64,000 bases of DNA from Paraspadella gotoi (GCA_051294375.1 CM119269.1:11576883-11640882), one strand, 5' to 3'. Shown: positions 10,791 to 25,451, numbered from the stretch's first letter. Program-made: numbers and translations. The notes: generated from the letters alone by a model not told the origin.

Positions 10791-13700
10791 TACCTGGCTT
10801 CCCTATACAATGAAGTGGGAAAATATTTTGAAAGAATGTTTAAATTGCTTATAAAATACTAAGGGGTAACTTAGTAATATTTTGCCTGATTAACTGAGCC
10901 AAAGTGTATTAATTTGAAATTGCCTTAGGTAAAGAAAGTATTTTTCTTAATTAATGATAGGCATTCTTAATCAAATATTTCGCTTATTATTATTTTAAAG
11001 ATATATAAAACAACTTATTTTCTTTTATTGTTTAATTTCGTTATCAAATATATTTTTAATTTGTATTACTATTAGTTCTACCAAAAATACTTTTCCCAGA
11101 TGGCATTGAAATATGAGTATCAGCATTAAGTATGTAAACTACTTGGCTTACTACCAGACCCAAAACCAATAAAATTATTAAAAAAGATTAATTCATTGAT
11201 AAATAAAAAAATTAACAATAATAAAAAAATAGATATAACAATAAGATGCATACATTTAAAGAGATTTGCAATGTAACGTATTCAGTTATATCCTGATATG
11301 ATTGACAAGATTAAAACCTTGATCAAAGATGATGTAAAAATGATCACAAGACTCAAGTCACCCAAAAATTTTTTGTATCTTATTTAGAATGTCAAAACTT
11401 ATTAGAATTATTTGCAGAATATGATATAGATTTACTCAATACCTCCCTAGCTGATTATATAAAAAATTTGTGCTCGATATGGAAAGCAAATATCCTATGG
11501 ATATGATTTTCAATAAAAAATATCTAAAAAATTATCCTTCTATTTTTTCATCATATAACAAAGATTTTAACTCAAGTAAAAAATGACAATCTTGAACATA
11601 CTGAAAAATGTTTATATTAATTAAAAACAACTATATAATTGACTCCAACCCCTGTCACCAAACACCAAATACCAAACACCAAACATATTTTTAGCTATTA
11701 ATTTTTTTTTATAAAATTATTTTATCTTCATAAAAAATATTTGGCTAAAACTAATTGAATTTCAATGTTGAGCAAATTAAATTTTATATTTGATAAGATT
11801 TTATTTAAAAATTAATACCAAAAAATATCCTATGTTGTTATTTTTTTAATTTTATATAAAAAATTGCAAAATTACTTGTTTCACTATCTTATATTTTTAT
11901 ATTTTATGAATGTTTACTACTTAAACTATATTATTTAATTATATATATAGTACTTTTTAAAAATATTATTTGCTTATTATATCTAATAAGTTATTTTGGG
12001 AGGGGAGATCAGTGTTATCTTCTGGTAATAGAGGGAGCATCTATACAACACAAGGTTAGACTACAATGAATACAATTAGACTACAATATTTAATTTAATA
12101 TCATTTGGCTTTAATTATTAAAGATAACCTTTCCTTTTTAAATCTTAGCAAATTAGATCATAAGTTTATCAGTTATATCTTAGTTTTAAAGATCCTTTCC
12201 TCAATTAAAAAATTGCCTACTTTATTCAGTTAACTACTAGGTAAACCAAAAATTGTCTATTACCTATTTAACAAAAAAATCTTTGCCTAGGTTCACCCCT
12301 TAGAAAAGACCACTCCCTTAAGTATTAGATCGGGAATACTTATTATACTCCGCACTAGCATCAAAATACAAGGAGCTGAATTTTATGAAATTGGTACAAC
12401 CAATATAAAAATATCCATTCATTTAATAAATAAGCTATCTTGCCCCTGACTTTATATTAGTTGTACCGATTTCGTACAATTATTGAAAAAAAAATTAAAT
12501 AACAATATATACATTTTTATAACCTTATTTACTTCCGCCCCCGTCGACCCCCCCCCAAAAAAAAAAACATTCACCCGCATCTTTTCTTCCTCTTTTACTT
12601 TTCCTCCTCTTCCTCTTCCTCCTCCTCCTCTCCTCCTCCTCCTCCTCCTCCTCCTAGACCAGATCGGCCCAACTTCTCTCAGGCAGTTTTTGGCTTCCTC
12701 TGGGCGGCGTGACGACGCAGACTCATAGAGGGCGTCGTCGCTTTCTCCTCTTTCTTTCTTTTCTCTTTTTCTTTTCCTTTCCTTTTNNNNNNNNNNNNNN
12801 NNNNNNNNNNNGAAGTAAAATAAGGTTATAAAAATGTATATATTGTTATTTAATTTTTTTTTCAATAATTGTACGAAATCGGTACAACTAATATAAAGTC
12901 AGGGGCAAGATAGCTTATTTATTAAATGAATGGATAATTTTTATATTGGTTGTACCAATTTCATAAAATTCAGCTCCTTGTATTTTGATGCTAGTGCGGA
13001 GTATAATAAGTATTCCCCGATCTAATACTTAAGGGAGTGGTCTTTTCTAAGGGGTGAACCTAGGCAAAGATTTTTTGTTAAATAGGTAATAGACAATTTT
13101 TTGGGTTTTTACCTAGTAGTTAACTGAATAAAAGTAGGCAATTTTTATATTGAGGAAAGGATCTTTAAAACTAAGATATAACTGATAAACTTATGATCTA
13201 ATTTGCTAAGATTTAAAAAGGAAAGGTTATCTTTAATAATTTAAAGCCAAATGATATTAAATTAAATATTGTAGTCTAATTGTATTCTATTGTAGTCTAA
13301 CCTTGTGTTGTATAGATGCTCCCTCTATTACCAGAAGATACAACTGACTCCCCCTCCCAAATAACTTATTAGATATATATAAGAATAATATTTTTAAAAA
13401 GTACATATATATAATTAATAATATATTTTAAGTAGTAAAACATTCATAAAATATAAAAATATAAGATAGTGAAACAAGTAATTTTGCAATTTTTTAAATA
13501 AAATTTAAAAAAATAACAACATAGGATATTTTTTGGTATTAATTTTTAAATAAAATCTTTTCAAATATAAAACTTTAATTTGCTCAACATTGAAATTCAA
13601 TTAGTTTTAGCCCAAATATTTTTTATGAAGATAAAATAATTTTATAAAAAAAAATTAATAGCTAAAAATATGTTTGGTGTTTGGTATTTGGTGTTTTGGT

Positions 13701-14585
13701 GACAGGGGTTGGAGTCAATTATATAGTTGTTTTTAATTAATATAAACATTTTTCAGTATGTTCAAGATTGTCATTTTTTTACTTTGAGTTAAAATCTTTG
13801 TTAATGATGAAAAAATAGAAGGATAATTTTTTTAGATATTTTTTATTGAAAATCATATCCATAGGATATTTCTTCATATCGAGCACAAATTTTAATATAA
13901 TCAGCTAGGGAGGTATTGAGAGTAATCTATATCATATTCTGCAAATAATTCTAATAAGTTTTGACATTCTAAATAAGATACAAAAAATTTTTGGGTGACT
14001 GAGTCTTGTGATCATTTTTATCATCATCTTTGATCAGGTTTTAATTTGTCAATCATATCAGGATATAAACTGAATACGTTACATTGCAAATCTCTTAAAT
14101 GTATGATCATCCTTATTGTTTATACTAATTTTTTTATTTGTTAATTTTTTATTTATCAATGAATTAATCTTTTTTAATAATTTTATTGTTTTTGGGTCTG
14201 GTAAGTAGCCAAGTAGTTTACATACTAATACTTAATGCTGATACTCATATTTCATTGCCATCTGGGAAAAGTATTTTTGGGCTTAAAATAATTAAGAATC
14301 ATATAATAAAAATAACAAATTAAAAAATATAATAAAGATAAGAATAAAAAAAAATATTATTGTTTATATATATCTTTAAAAAATAAAATATAAGCGAAAT
14401 ATTTTGATTAAGAAAATTGCCTATCTTAATTAAGAAAAATACTTCTTTTACCTAGGCAATTCTCGCATATACTTTGCTCGAACAGTTATCAGGCAAAATA
14501 TTACCTAAGTTCACCCCTTAGTATTTTCATACAATTTAAACATTCTTTCAAATATTTTCCACTTCATTGATAGGGAAGCCAGGTA

Positions 14586-14929
14586 CTCTGGGAGTGAATA
14601 AACGGGACTGTGAGAGAGTCTTGATTGAAAGCTTTCAGGGACCTGCTATGTAATTATCTTGTAAGAGTGATGGAGGCCTTAAACCACCAAAGCCTGTCCA
14701 AAGTCAGGGGCAAGATAGCTTATTTATTAAATGAATGGATAATTTTTATATTGGTTGTACCAATTTCATACAATTATCCATTCATTCAATAAATAAGTTA
14801 GCTTGCCCCTGACTTTAAAGAGTCTTTGGTGGTTTAAGGCCTCCATGACTCTTACAAGATAATGACATAGCAGGTCCCTGCAAGGCTTCGATGTCAACTC
14901 TCCCACTGTCTCGTTTATTCACTCCGATG
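14586..14929. mobile_element. Palindromic Tc1/mariner-type MITE
   Basis: TA|CTCTGGGAGTGAATAAACGGGAC...GTCTCGTTTATTCACTCCGATG|TA. Fragments of the same family occur near 12385-12480, 12865-12965 and 26150-26230. Confidence 0.85.
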
Positions 14930-16060
14930 TAATACGGACTACGAAGGTGACTTTAAGGAAATTTCCATTCGACATTGGAATTTTTGCAAAGCTGATTTTA
15001 AATTTAACAATCTAAAATATTGAGATATAAATTGTTTAGATATTAGTTTATAAAAATGACCATATCCCCAGCCAAAAGCGATATTACGCTACCAAAAGGA
15101 CATTTTCTTGATTTCTCGTTAAAAATCTTCAATCGGCTTCTTTCATCTTCTTTCATCTTTTTTTATCTTTTTTTATTTCTTCCTTTTCGATTCTACGTCG
15201 AAATCGTCCGAGTCGACGTCCATCAAATCTATGCCACGCCCACTTCGACTTCCTCCGTCCCCTTTCGAACAGGCTATCTCCTACGAGTTCTCCTTTGACC
15301 CCTTTGAACGGAACCTTCGCCCCTTCTCTGATTCATGGCACCCCCTTTAAATTTGTGTCCTCTGACCCCCTAGAAAACCCCTTTAACCCGCAAAAACTCT
15401 CACATCGCCCCTCGCTAGGTTCATGGTCTTTACCCCCCCGAACTACATTTGGATCACCACCTATACCACTCGGCCATCATGTCTTATCACCACTCCCCTT
15501 TCCCCTTTCCCCTTTTCCCTTTCCTTTTCCTCTTCTTCTACCCCTTTCCTCTTTCCTTTCCCTTTACCCTTTCCTCTTTCCCTTTTCCCCTTTCCCTTCC
15601 CTTTCCCGTTACTTTCCCCTTTCCTCTTTCCCTTTCCCCTTTCCTTTCCCCTTCTTTCCCCTTCTCCTTTCCCCTTTCCCCTTTCCCTTCCTCTTTCCCT
15701 TTCCTCTTTCCCCTTTCCTCTTTCCTCTTCCCCCTTTCCCTTTTCCTCTTTCCCTTTTCCCCTTTCCCTTTTCCCTTCCTTTTCCCTTTTCCCTTTTCCC
15801 CTTTCCTCTTTCCCTTTCCCTTTTCCTCTTTCCCCTTCTTTTCCCCTTTCCCTTTCCTCTTCCCTTTCCCCTTCCCTTTTCCTCCTTCCCTTTCCTCTTT
15901 CCCTTTTCCTCTTTCCTCTTTCCCTTTTCCCCTTTCCATTTTCCCCTTTCCCTTTCCCATTCCCCTCCTCAATGGAAACCAATCCATTCAACCCTGCTCA
16001 GTTCTCCCCCTCACTCTCCCAGTTGAAGCCCAATAAATATGCAAAAAGCCAAACATTTCT

Positions 16061-16096
<36 letters not shown>

Positions 16097-16194
16097 CTCT
16101 TTCTCTCTCCTTCTCCTTTAAATCTCTCCTCTCCTCTCTCCTTTAAATCTTTTTCTCTCTCTCTCTCTCCCTCTTTCTCTCTACTTTATATATA

Positions 16195-16237
<43 letters not shown>

Positions 16238-16338
16238 CTCTCTCTCTCTCCTTTAAAATCTCTCTCTCTCTCGCTCTCTCTCTCTATCCGTCTCTCGCTC
16301 TCTCTCTTTTTTAAATCTCTCTCACTCTCTTCTTCTCC

Positions 16339-16395
<57 letters not shown>

Positions 16396-16618
16396 CTGTT
16401 GATTATTTAATTCGCTTGTTTCAGCCGTTGGGCTAAATTTTTAATGACCTTATAAATTCTGTAAAGATTTCAGTTGATAAGTCTACCCGCTTTGGAAACC
16501 CTGTTTTTACACATTTCCATAGAATAAAATTTAATAATAAAGTTTCTAGAAAATACGAAACTGTTTTAATTCTACATATTTGGAGCCTATGCTAGTTTCT
16601 GCTGTCGTGAAAGGAACA

Positions 16619-16733
<115 letters not shown>

Positions 16734-16990
16734 ACCTTTAAATCGTTTCGAAAGAGGGCGCACAAGTGTCGCTCATTTTTTTTATTTTCATCATTTCGTT
16801 TTTCTTCATTTCATTTTTCTTCATTTCATTACATTCATTTTCTCGTATCTCAGTTTTCCCAAGTTTTCAATTCTTTCTTTCTTTTTTTTAAATATACACC
16901 TTTTTCTTCTTTTTTTTCTCCCTCTTTCATTATTTGAGTAGTCGCCCCTTTCATTTGGATTTTTTTTGCTCTGTTTACTGTTTGATCCCA

Positions 16991-17036
<46 letters not shown>

Positions 17037-20000
17037 TTCCTCTTCGTTCATAATGAAATTCAATAATATTCATGATTCTCCACCTCAACTTTTTCGCTTC
17101 GATGCGAGGAGGAGATTTTTTTTTAAATCGGGGGCTGGAGTAGAGAAGGGATATTTGATGGAGTAAAGAGGGGATTTGATGGAGAAGAGAAGGAATTTTA
17201 TGAAGGGGAGAAGGAGATTGGATGGAGTAAGGAAGATTTGTTTGTTGCAACTTCAAAATCTTTTTTTGTAATTTGAAGAGACTGAATAAAAAAAATAGAA
17301 TATTTTTATTTTCTTTCGGCTCCAATCGTCATGAACAAAGAAGAAAGTACTATCACAATCCCATCCTTTGTTTCTCTCGTCTATCTTCGTCCTTTTTCTT
17401 TGGCATATTCTTTACCATACCATTTTTTACCATACCATATTCTTTGCCATCTTATTTCTCTTTTTATACCGTATTCTTTACCTTCTATCTTTACCTTTTC
17501 GGTCTTATCTCTTTTAGATAACACCTGCTTCTTTCTATCTTTTTTTCCCCTTCCTTCCCGGTGACAACTTTTTCTCCATCAAAATCCTCTCCTTCTTTGA
17601 TTCCCTTCCTCTCCATCTCCATCTCCATCTCTCTCTCTTTCTCTCTTCCTCTCTCCTTCCCCTTTCTCTCCCTCTCTCTTTCCCTCTCTCCTTACCCTTC
17701 CTTTTTCTCTCCCCTTTCTCTCCCTCTTTCCCTCCCTCTCCCTTTCTTCTCAAAATCCAAAGCCCCCGTCTTCCCCGTCTATCCACCTTTCCGTATCATA
17801 TTCGTTACCCCAGACACAAAAATCTCGCTGAAATTCGATCAGATTTAAGAGAAGAAAAGAAAAGAAAAGAAAAGAGAAGAAGAAAAAAAAAGAAAAGTTG
17901 AAAGGCAGAAGAGTCGAGTTTCTTTGTGCGGAAAGGCGACACGGGGTAGGAAAGTTATTAGTATTTATATAATAAAAAATGTTTAACTAATATCTAATTT
18001 TAAAATTTTAAGAAAAGCTTCTTTTGGTTAATTTGTCTAAAATAATTTAATTTTTCAACTAAATGGCTCAGATTTTGAACCAGAGTTGTTTTCAATAGTT
18101 TTCTATTAATTACAATTATTATAATAAATACATCACACGCCGACCTAATGGTTATATCATTACAACTGATACCAAGCTTTAATTCCTACAGCATCTACTG
18201 AACAACCCGCCTTTTTTTTCGTAGCGCGAGCCTCGATTCCGGATTCAAGTTTCCTCGCGTCTCGAATTCTCGAATCCGATTGGACGAGAGAAACTCGATC
18301 TTAGCCTATCGGGTGACTCTGTTTCCGCGTGGAGAAACAAAAGATCGACTTACAGAAAAGAGAGGGAGAAAAAAAGCTAATAGCTAAAAAATATTATATT
18401 TCAGACAAAAAATTGGATTTTATTGTTAACTTGAAATCAATGATATGTTTTTTAAAAAAGGTGGTAAGGTTATCATCCAAAAATCAGGTATTTTCATAGG
18501 AAAATTACTTAAGCTATAAATATAAAATAAAGAAAGACACTAAATTATATTAAAAGTTTACTTTCTTTCTTTTTATTTCTCTCTACCTATCTCTCTCTCT
18601 CTCTCTCNNNNNNNNNNTCTCTCTCTCTCTTCTCCCTTCTGACGCCGGTGCCCCAATTCGCGTGACTCCAAGCGAAAGAGACGCGGCGACATTTTCATCG
18701 CCTTTGATGATCTTTTCTCGGAAATGAGCAAAGGCAGCGCCACCGGAAGTGAGAGCGAGAGCGAGAGGGAGAGGGAGAGAGGGCGAAGGCAGCGCCACTG
18801 AAAGTGAGAGCGGGAGAGAGAGTGGAAGCCGCACGACAAGGGAAGCGTGAAAAGGCGAAAAGAGGAGAGAAATATTGAAGGAAAATGTAAAATAGGGGAA
18901 CTAGGATAGGGGGAGCCTAACTCAGTAAGGTGGTTAAGAAATTTGAATTAAGCACCTGCTCAAAACAAAAATTTAAAATTTTTTTAAAAAATTTGAATAG
19001 ACAAAAAAATTTAATATTGCTCCATACTCCATACATTAATTTTTTAATATTTATTTATAAATAGAAAAGGCTAAACATTTTTTTCTTTTTTTTTTCATTT
19101 TTAAGATAAGATTCAGGTAGCTTGCAAAAAGTTGTCTGCACAAAGTATAATTCTTTTTTCGATATTTTGATCATAAGTGGGTGATTTTTATCATTATCTA
19201 ATAATATTGTAATTTTGATAGCAACAATAAAAGCATTAAAATCGAACTTTTTAATTTTTTTTTTTTTTACCTGAAAGTTGACTTCAAGACTAAAGTTTGG
19301 AACTCCCGCCCCTATTGAATCCAATTTCATAGTAGATTTATAACTAGGAAAGGAAAAATTAAGAAGAAACTACAAAAGGAAAAAAGAAAGGAAAAAAAAT
19401 CATTAACTAAATCCTTTGTGAAATTAAAAAAAAAGTAACAAGAAACCTAAAATTGATAAAAATTTCAAAGAAAAAAAATAATCAAAATTGTAAAGAGAAA
19501 ATTTAAAAATCGGGAGATGTTTAAGGAAAGAGTAAATAAAAAAAGGGGAAAAAAGTTAAAGAGAAAGTAAAGAATAAAAGAAAGAAAAAGAAACTAGAAA
19601 AATAGAGAAAGAAAAGGGAAAAAAATAAAAAATAAAATAAAAGAAAAAAAGGAAAGTGGCTGGAGAGAGAAAGAACCATAAAGACTCCCAAGGGAGTTTC
19701 AAAAACTTGGGTCTCCTTTAATGGTGTTGTTCTTTTTCCTTTTCACTCTTCATTCTTTCTCATTGTCAACTCATTTTTCTTCAACAATAGAAAATTGTAA
19801 AAGAGAAAAAGAGTTTAAAATTTTTTTGAGATTTTGATACAAACGAAATTTGATTTTTATGATTAGAAAGTATTTTAATATTTAATTATTTTATTTAAAC
19901 CAATGCAAAGTTTTAGGCAGCCAAACTTTTGGTTTTTCTATTTTAGTCTTTAGCAAATTGTATTTTTAAAATTTTTTAACACTTTAGAGTAGGGGTAGCC

Positions 20001-20997
20001 GCACTCACTAAAAATATATATATTTTTAAGTATACTTTCAATGGACAAAAATTCTTTATATGGCTCTCGTCCCTAGTAATTAATTTTTAATATTTATTTA
20101 TTGAAAAAAAAGGCGGAAAAATTTTTGGAGAATTTTTAAATTTTAAAACCAGATTCAAATAGCTCATAAAAAGTTGTCTAAACAAAGTATAATTCTTTTT
20201 TAAATATTTTTATAAGTGAGTCAAATATGAGAAAAACTATAAAAAATCGTCATCATCATCATTATCTTTTGATGATTTTATCAGTTTTTTTATATTTTAA
20301 CCTAGAAAACGTAAGAATTTTTAGAAGCTGTAATTATATTTCTTAATAACTTTTCAGAATCTATGAAAAAATTTTAAGATTTCAAAAAAAAATGTTTTTC
20401 TCTATATAGTAATATAATAATTTTAATTAGACTAGAACCATCATAAGAAGGCATTTTTGACAAAAAATATTTTAATACCATAATCTATACTCAGGATAGA
20501 TTATTTTAACGCTGTATAAATTAGCATTAAAATTTAATCGGCTATGGCTAATTAGAGTTCAAAATATGTTTTATTTCATGAAATTCAGGTACATAATTAA
20601 ATTATTATTCATTTTTTTACAAACAATCTATCCTGCATCCCGACTTTGGACTTGGACTTACAAAATAATAACACAGCAGGAACCAGCAAGATTTCAATGA
20701 AGTCGAATTTATCAAGTTGGCTTTTTTATCGATAGAACTGGTGTAATATTTTTTAACAGTTTCAGTTATAAAATTAGTTAAGAACATACATGGTAACTGA
20801 AATTTAACTAAATTTAACTAAATTTTGTGATTTTAATTTTTTTATTCGCAGAATCCTGATTTTTTTTATTCCATTCGTTAAGGTCGCAATTTGTTTGAGA
20901 TTTTTAAAGAGGAGTTATGAGTAATTCCTATGCGGGAGACGAAATCAGAGATTGACAAAAGAATACGGATTGAGCTAAATGGAGATGGAGAGGGATG

Positions 20998-21041
<44 letters not shown>

Positions 21042-21098
21042 GTGAGAGAGCGCAAGAGAGATATCCTAAGCTCGACTCAGCTAGATGTATTAAATTCG

Positions 21099-22134
21099 TT
21101 TTTAGTCGAATCTGCTTATCAGCAGATTCCAACTATATAATTCACTTTGTCGGTCCCTCGGTCCCACCCCAAAATCTTGTCGGTAAATCAGTATTATCAT
21201 ATCAGAATCTCGAATTATGATAAATTATATATTTATAATATATAAATTATAATATGATATATTATAAATTATTAATAGTCATTAATGTCACCTACTTAAT
21301 TATTTATTTCACTGTTTAACTGTTACTATTTTATTCACCTTTTACCTTAAAGTTATGACAATATTTTCAATATTTTTCACTAATTCTACTCTCAACTGAA
21401 CCTGTCCTCACCTCTAACCACTGTCCTTTCCCTCAAATCTTTGTTGGCCACTTTAAATTATCGGTAATTAATTAATTAATAATTAATTAATAATTAATTC
21501 AAGTTAATTAATTATTTAATTAATTAATAATTAATTTATTCAAGTTAATTATTTAATTAATTAGGTAATTAATTAATTAATTTGATCCGAAATGTTCGTT
21601 TTGATTGATTAATTAATCATTGATTAATTAATTGACTAATTGATTAATTAACTGATTAATTATTTGATTAATTAATACATCTTGCATTTACATTTAAAAT
21701 AAAAAGAAAAAGAAGCATAATCAATTAGTGAAATGGGTTCTTTGTTTTTTCCATTTAAACTCATTTCCACTCAAACGATTCCATTGATTTCCAGTGTAAT
21801 CACACACTTTTCTACCCAAATACAAAATTTCAAGTCAATCGCCCCATCCACTCATGAGTAATTGTATTCAAATAGTGAAATATATTTTTTCCCTTTTAAA
21901 CTCATTTCCATTCAGACGATTCCATCGAAACTTCATATACAGCTCAATCACACACTTCCCTACCCACACACAAAAGTTCATTCCAATCCATCCATCCAAT
22001 CAGGAGTAATTGGTGTTTTTTGCTAAAGTGGGACAGACGGACGAACGGACGGACGGACATAATTTATCATAATTCGATGTTCTGACAGTGAGTGCCCGAC
22101 AATATTGAGGGGGCGGACCGACGGACCGACAAAG

Positions 22135-22166
<32 letters not shown>

Positions 22167-22919
22167 TGTCAAATTCGTTATAAAAATACAAATTATGCAA
22201 AAAAAATTATGTCTGTCCGTCCGTCCGTTTGTCTGTCCGTCCCACCTGAGCTAAAAACTCCAATTACTCGTGATTGGATGGATGGATTGAAATGAAATTT
22301 TGTGTGTCAGTAGGAACGTGTATGATTGAGCTGGAAATCAAGTTTCGATGGAATCGATCGAGTGGAAATGAGGTTAAATGGAAAAAACATTAGTCACATT
22401 AACTTTAATCTTTTTAATAATTTTAACCCACAATTACTCTAATTAATCATAATTGGATGGATAGATTGAGATTGAATTTTATGCGTGGGTAGGAAAGTGT
22501 ATGATTGAGCACGATATAAAGTTTCAATGGAATCGAGGAGTGGAAATGAGTTTGCAAAAAACCAAAATCAAATTGACTTGAATTTTTATTAATTATGCTT
22601 ACTCATGAATGTTTTCATTAACTAATTAATTAATTAATTAAGTGAAAAAATGAAGCAAGTTGAAGAAATGATGCAAGATGAAGAAATGATGCAAGTTAAA
22701 GAAATGATGCAAGATGAAGAAATGATGCAAGATGAAGAAATGATAATAGTTAAAAAAATTATTTGTACTTTATTTGTAATTATTTCTACTATAGACTATT
22801 ATACTATATACTATATACTATAGACTATTATTTCTACTACTATAGTATAGTAACAGTTCAGTTTATTTATTTATCTGATTTTCGTGGGTAGATCCGACAT
22901 TGTTTGCTCAAACTTGTTT
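21099..22919 (+). mobile_element. DINE-1/HINE-like non-autonomous Helentron, composite
   Basis: The 5' end is TTTTTAGTCGAATCTGCTTATCAGCAGATT (subTIR plus partial inverted repeat). It carries a GTCC/GTCT microsatellite. The 3' end is GTAGATCCGAC followed by the GTTTG-CT-CAAAC hairpin and TTT. Confidence 0.8.
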
Positions 22920-23088
22920 AGTTATAAATGACATACGTGAAAGTAACTTATATTTCTTGACGCCAAGTGAAAACAAACTAAGGTTCTTTAGCTCCCAATG
23001 CGGGACCTAGGGGAGTGAATAGTAAAATAAACTCCCGCGCGGTCGCCTCCCTGAAGTAAACGATCTCTCTCTGTCTCTCTCTCCTCTT

Positions 23089-23133
<45 letters not shown>

Positions 23134-23150
23134 TTCTCTCTTCTCTCTCT

Positions 23151-23198
<48 letters not shown>

Positions 23199-23220
23199 CT
23201 TCTTTCTCTCTCTTTCTCTC

Positions 23221-23270
<50 letters not shown>

Positions 23271-23337
23271 TTCTCTCTTTCTCTCTCTCTTTCTCTCTTC
23301 TCTCCTCTCCCTCTCTCTTTCTCTTTCTCTCACTCTC

Positions 23338-23368
<31 letters not shown>

Positions 23369-23835
23369 TCTTTCTCTCTTTCTCTCTCTTTTTCTCTCTC
23401 TTTCTCTCTTCTCTCTCTCTCTCTTTCTCTCTCTCTCTCCCTCCCACCCGGATCAAAATGAAAAGGGCGCTGTTGAAAATAAAAGGAGAAACTTAATCTC
23501 CATTTGTGAATTGGAGTTGTAATGAAGTCGAAATTTCCGTCTACGAAATTTTCGATGGAGGTTGAGTCGTTTTCCAAAAAGTGATTACTTTAAGTCTCCA
23601 TCAATGCCATTAGCTTCGACGCTGCCGCGTTTGCGGCGGCGGCCTGCGGCGGCGGCCTGCGGCGGCTGGCGGCGTGCGACGGGTGGCGAGCGGCGGGCGG
23701 CGGAAGTGACGGCCATGATTAGATTCCGGCTTATTTCTTCCCCGTTTCTTTTTTTTTTTTTTCATTCGTTCGCCATTTCACCTCTTTATCTCTTTTTCTC
23801 TCTCTAACTCTTTCTGGCTGTCTTTCTTATATATG

Positions 23836-24630
23836 TGTTTTATTCGTTTACAACAATAGTTGAAACAGTACATTCAAAAGGCATACAGCATTTACAGATA
23901 AACGCATAATTGTACAGTTTACAATTCAACAATAATATAAATATTTAAATTACAGAACGAAAAAAAAAAGAGAAAAAAAAATCAACAATAAGCTTGACAA
24001 GATTTTTAGAATATTGTTTCTAGAGGGAAATAAGCTGGATCAAAGTTTTTTGATCTACAAGCCAAAATGTTATAGATATCATTATATCCAAATGAGGACC
24101 TTAATTGATCGTACACTCTCCATCTATTCCAAACCAAAATTTTCTAATACCATTCATTTATGTATACATTTACTTTGGTCATATCTTTTGCAAGATACTC
24201 TTTCACTTCATTGTCCGTACGTAAGTATTGTGACCACAATTTGGGTGTAGTAACAAAACGCATTAAACTTCTTCTGAGGGCTTTATATAGGAATTAAGGA
24301 GACAATTGCTAGAGCGGTAAAAGAGGTAACTCAGATTAGATGGGTCAAAGACAAATGCTTTTTCATTACTTAAGATTAAAACCGAGATATTTCCATCGGT
24401 CTAGAATTCAATGATATTTCCTTTAATTAGTAAAGATCTTTGTTGATACAAGTACTTTTGTTTGCCAAAATACATTGTTTTTGTTTTCTTAAAATTAAAC
24501 TAAAAAGCATGCTACTACTTATAGTTAGCACATGATATCAATCATTTTGTTCATACCCAGAAATTGTGGAGATAACAAAGCTATTTCGTCAGCGTGTAAA
24601 AAATGCTTAGCAGAAATAAATATCTATTAT
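23836..24630 (-). pseudogene. Decayed non-LTR retrotransposon (CR1/L2-group-like) RT, 3' fragment
   Basis: Frameshifted minus-strand pieces FLHADEIALLSP (a YADD relic, about 24584-24597), FNFKKTKTMYFG, RWKYLGFNL and FYRSSNCLL, ending at AATAAAA near 23838. Confidence 0.8.
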
Positions 24631-24808
24631 GGCAACAAAACCAGATTTTCTAATATGAAATTTCAAGTCATCAACATAAACTGCCACAGATAGGACTTTA
24701 AATTACCACTCCTGACGAAACCCGAAACAATAGAGAGAATAATCTGAAAAGATGTTAGACCATCTACACCTACTGCGGAGATTAATGACCAGTAAGTTAT
24801 CTCTCTCT

Positions 24809-24858
<50 letters not shown>

Positions 24859-24969
24859 ACTCAATTCCCTCTTAATTGCCAATACGACCTGAACAATACG
24901 TGTCTCTATATACAAAAAAAATTTCCCCTTTCTCTTTTTCCCGTTGGCGTTAAAACAAGGCGGAACCTC

Positions 24970-25040
24970 AATCCCGATTGGTTGAGACTAAACTCGAACG
25001 CTGATTGGTCCGGGCCAAGACGACTTCTGATTGGTTGGCA
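24970..25040. promoter_or_regulatory. Cluster of three CCAAT boxes, candidate promoter
   Basis: GATTGGT occurs at about 24976, 25003 and 25029, in the same orientation and 26-27 bp apart, within a unique GC-richer island. Confidence 0.5.
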
Positions 25041-25397
25041 GCGGCGGCTCCTTGTTTGTTACTCTGGCACGTCCCATTACCCGCCGCAAATGGAGTAAAG
25101 CCTCTTCGTGTCTTCCTTGAATCTATACGATGATCATATTTGGAGATTGCCATGGGCCAGAGAGAAGAAGGGAAGAGAACAGAGAGGAGAGATAGGAGAA
25201 AGGTAGAGAGAGGGGAGAGGGGGAAGAGAGGGAGAAGAGAGAAGAGAGAGGAGAGTTACAGAGATAAAAAAGAGAGGGAGAGAAAAAGAACATGAAAAGA
25301 AAAGAGACTATTTTCTTATTTAATAAACTTAATATTCTTGTGACATTACTACAATTCTCTATTCAGGTTGCGTTAGATTTTTCCTGGTCTTCTTCTG

Positions 25398-25451
<54 letters not shown>

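Noticed and set aside
18890-20200. Possible TIR element (CTAGGATAGGGGGAGCC / GGCTCTCGTCCCTAG) with repeated AT-rich modules
   Set aside because: The inverted match is weak and there is no TSD, so the boundaries cannot be supported.
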